From NCBI GenBank assembly GCA_964057225.1, contig OZ059897.1, positions 22,072,001 to 22,136,000 on the forward strand: a stretch of DNA of 64,000 nucleotides. The letters are read 5' to 3'. The position numbers and the translations under genes were made by a program. Below the pieces are notes generated by a model. The model saw only the letters and a program-made list of their open reading frames with translations, searched no databases and had not been told where the DNA came from. Below, piece after piece: positions 1-11,968 of the stretch. Positions within the stretch are counted from its first letter, which is position 1. Every line of letters starts with the position of its first letter. Source of the DNA: Auanema rhodensis. Lineage: Eukaryota; Animalia; Nematoda.

Positions 1-123
1 TATTAGTCTAAAAACAAATTTTTATTGATATTGGTGCATGGTAACCATGACTTTGAAATTTACGTGAACTTTAATTTATGCTAATTAAATGTACACGTGA
101 TGTGCACTTGGTATGTAACTCGC

Positions 124-133
124 TTCACGTGAA
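124..133. other. Perfect 10-bp palindrome TTCACGTGAA with a CACGTG E-box core (monomer positions 124-133)
   Basis: Read directly from the sequence. A second CACGTG lies at monomer positions 94-99 and TACGTG at 61-66. Function is not shown. Confidence 0.95.
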
Positions 134-169
134 AGATAAAGAGATGCGGTTTTCAAAATTAGATTCCCC

Positions 170-1408
170 TTGACCATATTAGTCTAAAAACAAATTTTTA
201 TTGATATTGGTTCATGGTAACCATGACTTTGAATTTTACGTGAACTTTAATTTATGCTAATTAAATGTACACGTGATGTGCACTTGGTATGTAACTCGCT
301 TCACGTGAAAGATAAAGAGATGCGGTTTTCAAAATTAGATTCCCCATGTCCATATTAGTCTAAAAACAAATTTTTATTGATATTGGTTCATGGTAACCAT
401 GACTTTGAAATTTACGTGAACTTTAATTTATGCTAATTAAATGTACATGTGATGTGCACTTGGTATGCAACTCGCTTCACGTGAAAGATAAAGAGATGCG
501 GTTTTCAAAATTAGATTCCCCATGTCCATATTAGTCTAAAAACAAATTTTTATTGATATTGCTTCATGGTAACCATGACTTTGAAATATACGTGAACTTT
601 AATTTATGCTAATTAAATGTACACGTGATGTGCACTTGGTATGTAACTCGCTTCACGTGAAAGATAAAGAGATGCGGTTTTCAAAATTAGATTCCCCATG
701 TCCATATTAGTTTAAAAACAAATTTTTATTGATATTGGTTCATGGTAACCATGACTTTGAAATTTACGTGAACTTTAATTTATGCTAATTAAATGTACAC
801 GTGATGTGCACTTGGTATGTAACTCGCTTCACGTGAAAGATAAAGAGATGCGGTTTTCAAAATTAGATTCCCCATGTCCATATTAGTCTAAAAACAAATT
901 TTTATTAATATTGGTTCATGGTAACCATGACTTTGAAATTTACGTGAACTTTAATTTATGCTAATTAAATGTACACGTGATGTGCACTTGGTATGTAACT
1001 CGCTTCACGTGAAAGATAAAGAGATGCGGTTTTCAAAATTAGATTCCCCATGTCCATATTAGTCTAAAAACAAATTTTTATTGATATTGCTTCATGGTAA
1101 CCATGACTTTGAAATTTACGTGAACTTTAATTTATGCTAATTAAATGTACACGTGATGTGCACTTGGTATGTAACTCGCTTCACGTGAAAGATAAAGAGA
1201 TGCGGTTTTCAAAATTAGATTCCCCATGTCCATATTAGTCTAAAAACAAATTTTTATTGATATTGGTGCATGGTAACCATGACTTTGAAATTTACGTGAA
1301 CTTTAATTTATGCTAATTAAATGTACACGTGATGTGCACTTGGTATGTAACTCGCTTCACGTGAAAGATAAAGAGATGCGGTTTTCAAAATTAGATTCCC
1401 CATGTCCA
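170..1408. repeat. Dispersed copy of the variant block (end of M1 to M8) also found at M45-51 and M62-69
   Basis: ccccTtgAcca, gaaTttt, gtacaTgt plus atgCaac, gCtt plus aaatAta, agtTta, ttAatat, gCtt occur in the same order at offsets 7744 and 10736 bp. Confidence 0.9.
212..226. other. Dyad TCATGGT-A-ACCATGA (monomer positions 36-50, shown in M2; present in nearly every monomer)
   Basis: 7-bp inverted arms around one central base, containing GGTNACC. The common t36g variant shortens the arms to 6 bp. Confidence 0.95.
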
Positions 1409-4400
1409 TATTAGTCTAAAAACAAATTTTTATTGATATTGCTTCATGGTAACCATGACTTTGAAATTTACGTGAACTTTAATTTATGCTAATTAAATGT
1501 ACACGTGATGTGCACATGGTATGTAACTCGCTTCACGTGAAAGATAAAGAGATGCGGTTTTCAAAATTAGATTCCCCATGTCCATATTAGTCTAAAAACA
1601 AATTTTTATTGATATTGCTTCATGGTAACCATGACTTTGAAATTTACGTGAACTTTAATTTATGCTAATTAAATGTACACGTGATGTGCACTTGGTATGT
1701 AACTCGCTTCACGTGAAAGATAAAGAGATGCGGTTTTCAAAATTAGATTCCCCATGTCCATATTAGTCTAAAAACAAATTTTTATTGATATTGGTGCATG
1801 GTAACCATGACTTTGAAATTTACGTGAACTTTAATTTATGCTAATTAAATGTACACGTGATGTGCACTTGGTATGTAACTCGCTTCACGTGAAAGATAAA
1901 GAGATGCGGTTTTCAAAATTAGATTCCCCATGTCCATATTAGTCTAAAAACAAATTTTTATTGATATTGGTGCATGGTAACCATGACTTTGAAATTTACG
2001 TGAACTTTAATTTATGCTAATTAAATGTACACGTGATGTGCACTTGGTATGTAACTCGCTTCACGTGAAAGATAAAGAGATGCGGTTTTCAAAATTAGAT
2101 TGCCCATGTCCATATTAGTCTAAAAACAAATTTTTATTGATATTGGTTCATGGTAACCATGACTTTGAAATTTACGTGAACTTTAATTTATGCTAATTAA
2201 ATGTACACGTGATGTGCACATGGTATGTAACTCGCTTCACGTGAAAGATAAAGAGATGCGGTTTTCGAAATTAGATTCCCCATGTCCATATTAGTCTAAA
2301 AACAAATTTTTATTGATATTGCTTCATGGTAACCATGACTTTGAAATTTACGTGAACTTTAATTTATGCTAATTAAATGTACACGTGATGTGCACATGGT
2401 ATGTAACTCGCTTCACGTGAAAGATAAAGAGATGCGGTTTTCAAAATTAGATTCCCCATGTCCATATTAGTCTAAAAACAAATTTTTATTGATATTGCTT
2501 CATGGTAACCATGACTTTGAAATTTACGTGAACTTTAATTTATGCTAATTAAATGTACACGTGATGTGCACTTGGTATGTAACTCGCTTCACGTGAAAGA
2601 TAAAGAGATGCGGTTTTCAAAATTAGATTCCCCATGTCCATATTAGTCTAAAAACAAATTTTTATTGATATTGGTGCATGGTAACCATGACTTTGAAATT
2701 TACGTGAACTTTAATTTATGCTAATTAAATGTACACGTGATGTGCACTTGGTATGTAACTCGCTTCACGTGAAAGATAAAGAGATGCGGTTTTCAAAATT
2801 AGATTCCCCATGTCCATATTAGTCTAAAAACAAATTTTTATTGATATTGGTGCATGGTAACCATGACTTTGAAATTTACGTGAACTTTAATTTATGCTAA
2901 TTAAATGTACACGTGATGTGCACTTGGTATGTAACTCGCTTCACGTGAAAGATAAAGAGATGCGGTATTTAAAATTATATTCCCCATGTCCATATTAGTC
3001 TAAAAACAAATTTTTATTGATATTGGTTCATGGTAACCATGACTTTGAAATTTACGTGAACTTTAATTTATGCTAATTAAATGTACACGTGATGTGCACT
3101 TGGTATGTAACTCGCTTCACGTGAAAGATAAAGAGATGCGGTTTTCAAAATTAGATTCCCCATGTCCATATTAGTCTAAAAACAAATTTTTATTGATATT
3201 GGTGCATGGTAACCATGACTTTGAAATTTACGTGAACTTTAATTTATGCTTATTAAATGTACACGTGATGTGCACTTGGTATGTAACTCGCTTCACGTGA
3301 AAGATAAAGAGATGCGGTTTTCAAAATTAGATTCCCCATGTCCATATTAGTCTAAAAACAAATTTTTATTGATATTGGTGCATGGTAACCATGACTTTGA
3401 AATTTACGTGAACTTTAATTTATGCTAATTAAATGTACACGTGATGTGCACTTGGTATGTAACTCGCTTCACGTGAAAGATAAAGAGATGCGGTTTTCAA
3501 AATTAGATTGCCCATGTCCATATTAGTCTAAAAACAAATTTTTATTGATATTGGTTCATGGTAACCATGACTTTGAAATTTACGTGAACTTTAATTTATG
3601 CTAATTAAATGTACACGTGATGTGCACATGGTATGTAACTCGCTTCACGTGAAAGATAAAGAGATGCGGTTTTCGAAATTAGATTCCCCATGTCCATATT
3701 AGTCTAAAAACAAATTTTTATTGATATTGCTTCATGGTAACCATGACTTTGAAATTTACGTGAACTTTAATTTATGCTAATTAAATGTACACGTGATGTG
3801 CACATGGTATGTAACTCGCTTCACGTGAAAGATAAAGAGATGCGGTTTTCAAAATTAGATTCCCCATGTCCATATTAGTCTAAAAACAAATTTTTATTGA
3901 TATTGCTTCATGGTAACCATGACTTTGAAATTTACGTGAACTTTAATTTATGCTAATTAAATGTACACGTGATGTGCACTTGGTATGTAACTCGCTTCAC
4001 GTGAAAGATAAAGAGATGCGGTTTTCAAAATTAGATTCCCCATGTCCATATTAGTCTAAAAACAAATTTTTATTGATATTGGTTCATGGTAACCATGACT
4101 TTGAAATTTACGTGAACTTTAATTTATGCTAATTAAATGTACACGTGATGTGCACTTGGTATGTAACTCGCTTCACGTGAAAGATAAAGAGATGCGGTTT
4201 TCAAAATTAGATTCCCCATGTCCATATTAGTCTAAAAACAAATTTTTATTGATATTGGTGCATGGTAACCATGACTTTGAAATTTACGTGAACTTTAATT
4301 TATGCTAATTAAATGTACACGTGATGTGCACTTGGTATGTAACTCGCTTCACGTGAAAGATAAAGAGATGCGGTTTTCAAAATTAGATTCCCCATGTCCA

Positions 4401-5984
4401 TATTAGTCTAAAAACAAATTTTTATTGATATTGGTGCATGGTAACCATGACTTTGAAATTTACGTGAACTTTAATTTATGCTAATTAAATGTACACGTGA
4501 TGTGCACTTGGTATGTAACTCGCTTCACGTGAAAGATAAAGAGATGCGGTTTTCAAAAATAGATTCCCCATGTCCATATTAGTCTAAAAACAAATTTTTA
4601 TTGATATTGGTTCATGGTAACCATGACTTTGAAATTTACGTGAACTTTAATTTATGCTAATTAAATGTACACGTGATGTGCACATGGTATGTAACTCGCT
4701 TCACGTGAAAGATAAAGAGATGCGGTTTTCGAAATTAGATTCCCCATGTCCATATTAGTCTAAAAACAAATTTTTATTGATATTGCTTCATGGTAACCAT
4801 GACTTTGAAATTTACGTGAACTTTAATTTATGCTAATTAAATGTACACGTGATGTGCACATGGTATGTAACTCGCTTCACGTGAAAGATAAAGAGATGCG
4901 GTTTTCAAAATTAGATTCCCCATGTCCATATTAGTCTAAAAACAAATTTTTATTGATATTGGTTCATGGTAACCATGACTTTGAAATTTACGTGAACTTT
5001 AATTTATGCTAATTAAATGTACACGTGATGTGCACTTGGTATGTAACTCGCTTCACGTGAAAGATAAAGAGATGCGGTTTTCAAAATTAGATTCCCCATG
5101 TCCATATTAGTCTAAAAACAAATTTTTATTGATATTGCTTCATGGTAACCATGACTTTGAAATTTACGTGAACTTTAATTTATGCTAATTAAATGTACAC
5201 GTGATGTGCACTTGGTATGTAACTCGCTTCACGTGAAAGATAAAGAGATGCGGTTTTCAAAATTAGATTCCCCATGTCCATATTAGTCTAAAAACAAATT
5301 TTTATTGATATTGGTTCATGGTAACCATGACTTTGAAATTTACGTGAACTTTAATTTATGCTAATCAAATGTACACGTGATGTGCACTTGGTATGTAACT
5401 CGCTTCACGTGAAAGATAAAGAGATGCGGTTTTCAAAATTAGATTCCCCATGTCCATATTAGTCTAAAAACAAATTTTTATTGATATTGGTTCATGGTAA
5501 CCATGACTTTGAAATTTACGTGAACTTTAATTTATGCTAATTAAATGTACACGTGATGTGCACTTGGTATGTAACTCGCTTCACGTGAAAGATAAAGAGA
5601 TGCGGTTTTCAAAATTAGATTCCCCATGTCCATATTAGTCTAAAAACAAATTTTTATTGATATTGGTTCATGGTAACCATGACTTTGAAATTTACGTGAA
5701 CTTTAATTTATGCTAATTAAATGTACACGTGATGTGCACTTGGTATGTAACTCGCTTCACGTGAAAGATAAAGAGATGCGGTTTTCAAAATTAGATTCCC
5801 CATGTCCATATTAGTCTAAAAACAAATTTTTATTGATATTGGTTCATGGTAACCATGACTTTGAAATTTACGTGAACTTTAATTTATGCTAATTAAATGT
5901 ACACGTGATGTGCACTTGGTATGTAACTCGCTTCACGTGAAAGATAAAGAGATGCGGTTTTCAAAATTAGATTCCCCATGTCCA

Positions 5985-8900
5985 TATTAGTCTAAAAACA
6001 AATTTTTATTGATATTGGTTCATGGTAACCATGACTTTGAAATTTACGTGAACTTTAATTTATGCTAATTAAATGTACACGTGATGTGCACTTGGTATGT
6101 AACTCGCTTCACGTGAAAGATGAAGAGATGCGGTTTTCAAAATTAGATTCCCCATGTCCATATTAGTCTAAAAACAAATTTTTATTGATATTGGTTCATG
6201 GTAACCATGACTTTGAAATTTACGTGAACTTTAATTTATGCTAATTAAATGTACACGTGATGTGCACTTGGTATGTAACTCGCTTCACGTGAAAGATAAA
6301 GAGATTCGGTTTTCAAAATTAGATCCCCCATGTCCATATTAGTCTAAAAACAAATTTTTATTGATATTGGTTCATGGTAACCATGACTTTGAATTTTACG
6401 TGAACTTTAATTTATGCTAATTAAATGTACACGTGATGTGCACTTGGTATGTAACTCGCTTCACGTGAAAGATAAAGAGATGCGGTTTTCAAAATTAGAT
6501 TCCCCATGTCCACATTAGTCTAAAAACAAATTTTTATTGATATTGGTGCATGGTAACCATGACTTTGAAATTTACGTGAACTTTAATTTATGCTAATTAA
6601 ATGTACACGTGATGTGCACTTGGTATGTAACTCGCTTCACGTGAAAGATAAAGAGATGCGGTTTTCAAAATTAGATTCCCCATGTCCATATTAGTCTAAA
6701 AACAAATTTTTATTGATATTGGTGCATGGTAACCATGACTTTGAAATTTACGTGAACTTTAATTTATGCTAATTAAATGTACACGTGATGTGCACTTGGT
6801 ATGTAACTCGCTTCACGTGAAAGATAAAGAGATGCGGTTTTCAAAATTAGATTCCCCATGTCCATATTAGTCTAAAAACAAATTTTTATTGATATTGGTT
6901 CATGGTAACCATGACTTTGAATTTTACGTGAACTTTAATTTATGCTAATTAAATGTACACGTGATGTGCACTTGGTATGTAACTCGCTTCACGTGAAAGA
7001 TAAAGAGATGCGGTTTTCAAAATTAGATTCCCCATGTCCATATTAGTCTAAAAACAAATTTTTATTGATATTGGTGCATGGTAACCATGACTTTGAATTT
7101 TACGTGAACTTTAATTTATGCTAATTAAATGTACACGTGATGTGCACTTGGTATGTAACTCGCTTCACGTGAAAGATAAAGAGATGCGGTTTTCAAAATT
7201 AGATTCCCCATGTCCATATTAGTCTAAAAACAAATTTTTATTGATATTGGTTCATGGTAACCATGACTTTGAATTTTACGTGAACTTTAATTTATGCTAA
7301 TTAAATGTACACGTGATGTGCACTTGGTATGTAACTCGCTTCACGTGAAAGATAAAGAGATGCGGTTTTCAAAATTAGATTCCCCCTGTCCATATTAGTC
7401 TAAAAACAAATTTTTATTGATATTGCTTCATGGTAACCATGACTTTGAAATTTACGTGAACTTTAATTTATGCTAATTAAATGTACACGTGATGTGCACT
7501 TGGTATGTAACTCGCTTCACGTGAAAGATAAAGAGATGCGGTTTTCAAAATTAGATTCCCCATGTCCATATTAGTCTAAAAACAAATTTTTATTGATATT
7601 AGTTCATGGTAACCATGACTTTGAAATTTACGTGAACTTTAATTTATGCTAATTAAATGTACACGTGATGTGCACTTGGTATGTAACTCGCTTCACGTGA
7701 AAGATAAAGAGATGCGGTTTTCAAAATTAGATTCCCCATGTCCATATTAGTCTAAAAACAAATTTTTATTGATATTGGTTCATGGTAACCATGACTTTGA
7801 AATTTACGTGAACTTTAATTTATGCTAATTAAATGTACACTTGATGTGCACTTGGTATGTAACTCGCTTCACGTGAAAGATAAAGAGATGCGGTTTTCAA
7901 AATTAGATTCCCCTTGACCATATTAGTCTAAAAACAAATTTTTATTGATATTGGTTCATGGTAACCATGACTTTGAATTTTACGTGAACTTTAATTTATG
8001 CTAATTAAATGTACACGTGATGTGCACTTGGTATGTAACTCGCTTCACGTGAAAGATAAAGAGATGCGGTTTTCAAAATTAGATTCCCCATGTCCATATT
8101 AGTCTAAAAACAAATTTTTATTGATATTGGTTCATGGTAACCATGACTTTGAAATTTACGTGAACTTTAATTTATGCTAATTAAATGTACATGTGATGTG
8201 CACTTGGTATGCAACTCGCTTCACGTGAAAGATAAAGAGATGCGGTTTTCAAAATTAGATTCCCCATGTCCATATTAGTCTAAAAACAAATTTTTATTGA
8301 TATTGCTTCATGGTAACCATGACTTTGAAATATACGTGAACTTTAATTTATGCTAATTAAATGTACACGTGATGTGCACTTGGTATGTAACTCGCTTCAC
8401 GTGAAAGATAAAGAGATGCGGTTTTCAAAATTAGATTCCCCATGTCCATATTAGTTTAAAAACAAATTTTTATTGATATTGGTTCATGGTAACCATGACT
8501 TTGAAATTTACGTGAACTTTAATTTATGCTAATTAAATGTACACGTGATGTGCACTTGGTATGTAACTCGCTTCACGTGAAAGATAAAGAGATGCGGTTT
8601 TCAAAATTAGATTCCCCATGTCCATATTAGTCTAAAAACAAATTTTTATTAATATTGGTTCATGGTAACCATGACTTTGAAATTTACGTGAACTTTAATT
8701 TATGCTAATTAAATGTACACGTGATGTGCACTTGGTATGTAACTCGCTTCACGTGAAAGATAAAGAGATGCGGTTTTCAAAATTAGATTCCCCATGTCCA
8801 TATTAGTCTAAAAACAAATTTTTATTGATATTGCTTCATGGTAACCATGACTTTGAAATTTACGTGAACTTTAATTTATGCTAATTAAATGTACACGTGA

Positions 8901-11900
8901 TGTGCACTTGGTATGTAACTCGCTTCACGTGAAAGATAAAGAGATGCGGTTTTCAAAATTAGATTCCCCATGTCCATATTAGTCTAAAAACAAATTTTTA
9001 TTGATATTGGTTCATGGTAACCATGACTTTGAAATTTACGTGAACTTTAATTTATGCTAATTAAATGTACACGTGATGTGCACTTGGTATGTAACTCGCT
9101 TCACGTGAAAGATGAAGAGATGCGGTTTTCAAAATTAGATTCCCCATGTCCATATTAGTCTAAAAACAAATTTTTATTGATATTGGTTCATGGTAACCAT
9201 GACTTTGAAATTTACGTGAACTTTAATTTATGCTAATTAAATGTACACGTGATGTGCACTTGGTATGTAACTCGCTTCACGTGAAAGATAAAGAGATTCG
9301 GTTTTCAAAATTAGATCCCCCATGTCCATATTAGTCTAAAAACAAATTTTTATTGATATTGGTTCATGGTAACCATGACTTTGAATTTTACGTGAACTTT
9401 AATTTATGCTAATTAAATGTACACGTGATGTGCACTTGGTATGTAACTCGCTTCACGTGAAAGATAAAGAGATGCGGTTTTCAAAATTAGATTCCCCATG
9501 TCCACATTAGTCTAAAAACAAATTTTTATTGATATTGGTGCATGGTAACCATGACTTTGAAATTTACGTGAACTTTAATTTATGCTAATTAAATGTACAC
9601 GTGATGTGCACTTGGTATGTAACTCGCTTCACGTGAAAGATAAAGAGATGCGGTTTTCAAAATTAGATTCCCCATGTCCATATTAGTCTAAAAACAAATT
9701 TTTATTGATATTGGTGCATGGTAACCATGACTTTGAAATTTACGTGAACTTTAATTTATGCTAATTAAATGTACACGTGATGTGCACTTGGTATGTAACT
9801 CGCTTCACGTGAAAGATAAAGAGATGCGGTTTTCAAAATTAGATTCCCCATGTCCATATTAGTCTAAAAACAAATTTTTATTGATATTGGTTCATGGTAA
9901 CCATGACTTTGAATTTTACGTGAACTTTAATTTATGCTAATTAAATGTACACGTGATGTGCACTTGGTATGTAACTCGCTTCACGTGAAAGATAAAGAGA
10001 TGCGGTTTTCAAAATTAGATTCCCCATGTCCATATTAGTCTAAAAACAAATTTTTATTGATATTGGTGCATGGTAACCATGACTTTGAATTTTACGTGAA
10101 CTTTAATTTATGCTAATTAAATGTACACGTGATGTGCACTTGGTATGTAACTCGCTTCACGTGAAAGATAAAGAGATGCGGTTTTCAAAATTAGATTCCC
10201 CATGTCCATATTAGTCTAAAAACAAATTTTTATTGATATTGGTTCATGGTAACCATGACTTTGAATTTTACGTGAACTTTAATTTATGCTAATTAAATGT
10301 ACACGTGATGTGCACTTGGTATGTAACTCGCTTCACGTGAAAGATAAAGAGATGCGGTTTTCAAAATTAGATTCCCCCTGTCCATATTAGTCTAAAAACA
10401 AATTTTTATTGATATTGCTTCATGGTAACCATGACTTTGAAATTTACGTGAACTTTAATTTATGCTAATTAAATGTACACGTGATGTGCACTTGGTATGT
10501 AACTCGCTTCACGTGAAAGATAAAGAGATGCGGTTTTCAAAATTAGATTCCCCATGTCCATATTAGTCTAAAAACAAATTTTTATTGATATTAGTTCATG
10601 GTAACCATGACTTTGAAATTTACGTGAACTTTAATTTATGCTAATTAAATGTACACGTGATGTGCACTTGGTATGTAACTCGCTTCACGTGAAAGATAAA
10701 GAGATGCGGTTTTCAAAATTAGATTCCCCATGTCCATATTAGTCTAAAAACAAATTTTTATTGATATTGGTTCATGGTAACCATGACTTTGAAATTTACG
10801 TGAACTTTAATTTATGCTAATTAAATGTACACTTGATGTGCACTTGGTATGTAACTCGCTTCACGTGAAAGATAAAGAGATGCGGTTTTCAAAATTAGAT
10901 TCCCCTTGACCATATTAGTCTAAAAACAAATTTTTATTGATATTGGTTCATGGTAACCATGACTTTGAATTTTACGTGAACTTTAATTTATGCTAATTAA
11001 ATGTACACGTGATGTGCACTTGGTATGTAACTCGCTTCACGTGAAAGATAAAGAGATGCGGTTTTCAAAATTAGATTCCCCATGTCCATATTAGTCTAAA
11101 AACAAATTTTTATTGATATTGGTTCATGGTAACCATGACTTTGAAATTTACGTGAACTTTAATTTATGCTAATTAAATGTACATGTGATGTGCACTTGGT
11201 ATGCAACTCGCTTCACGTGAAAGATAAAGAGATGCGGTTTTCAAAATTAGATTCCCCATGTCCATATTAGTCTAAAAACAAATTTTTATTGATATTGCTT
11301 CATGGTAACCATGACTTTGAAATATACGTGAACTTTAATTTATGCTAATTAAATGTACACGTGATGTGCACTTGGTATGTAACTCGCTTCACGTGAAAGA
11401 TAAAGAGATGCGGTTTTCAAAATTAGATTCCCCATGTCCATATTAGTTTAAAAACAAATTTTTATTGATATTGGTTCATGGTAACCATGACTTTGAAATT
11501 TACGTGAACTTTAATTTATGCTAATTAAATGTACACGTGATGTGCACTTGGTATGTAACTCGCTTCACGTGAAAGATAAAGAGATGCGGTTTTCAAAATT
11601 AGATTCCCCATGTCCATATTAGTCTAAAAACAAATTTTTATTAATATTGGTTCATGGTAACCATGACTTTGAAATTTACGTGAACTTTAATTTATGCTAA
11701 TTAAATGTACACGTGATGTGCACTTGGTATGTAACTCGCTTCACGTGAAAGATAAAGAGATGCGGTTTTCAAAATTAGATTCCCCATGTCCATATTAGTC
11801 TAAAAACAAATTTTTATTGATATTGCTTCATGGTAACCATGACTTTGAAATTTACGTGAACTTTAATTTATGCTAATTAAATGTACACGTGATGTGCACT

Positions 11901-11968
11901 TGGTATGTAACTCGCTTCACGTGAAAGATAAAGAGATGCGGTTTTCAAAATTAGATTCCCCATGTCCA
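5985..11968. repeat. Tandem 17-monomer higher-order duplication (2 x 2992 bp; M35-51 / M52-68)
   Basis: The same ordered variants recur at a 2992-bp offset: gatGaag (6122/9114), gagatTcgg plus agatCcccc, ccaCatt, gaaTttt, tccccCtg, acacTtga plus ccccTtgAcca, gtacaTgt plus atgCaac, aaatAta, agtTta, ttAatat. Confidence 0.93.

Noticed and set aside
77-88. Octamer/POU-like TATGCTAAT and homeobox TAATTA motifs
   Set aside because: Short AT-rich motifs expected by chance at this composition, with no promoter context.
118-150. CENP-B box
   Set aside because: No match to NTTCGNNNNANNCGGGN on either strand of the consensus.
1-176. Assignment to Brassica CentBr, Arabidopsis CEN178, honeybee AluI or alpha satellite based on length
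   Set aside because: Only the length is similar. I recognise no sequence similarity, and a database search is needed.
1-176. Tandem 5S rRNA, tRNA, snRNA or spliced-leader gene array
   Set aside because: No recognisable 5S sequence, tRNA cloverleaf, A/B boxes or snRNA motifs in a 68% AT monomer.
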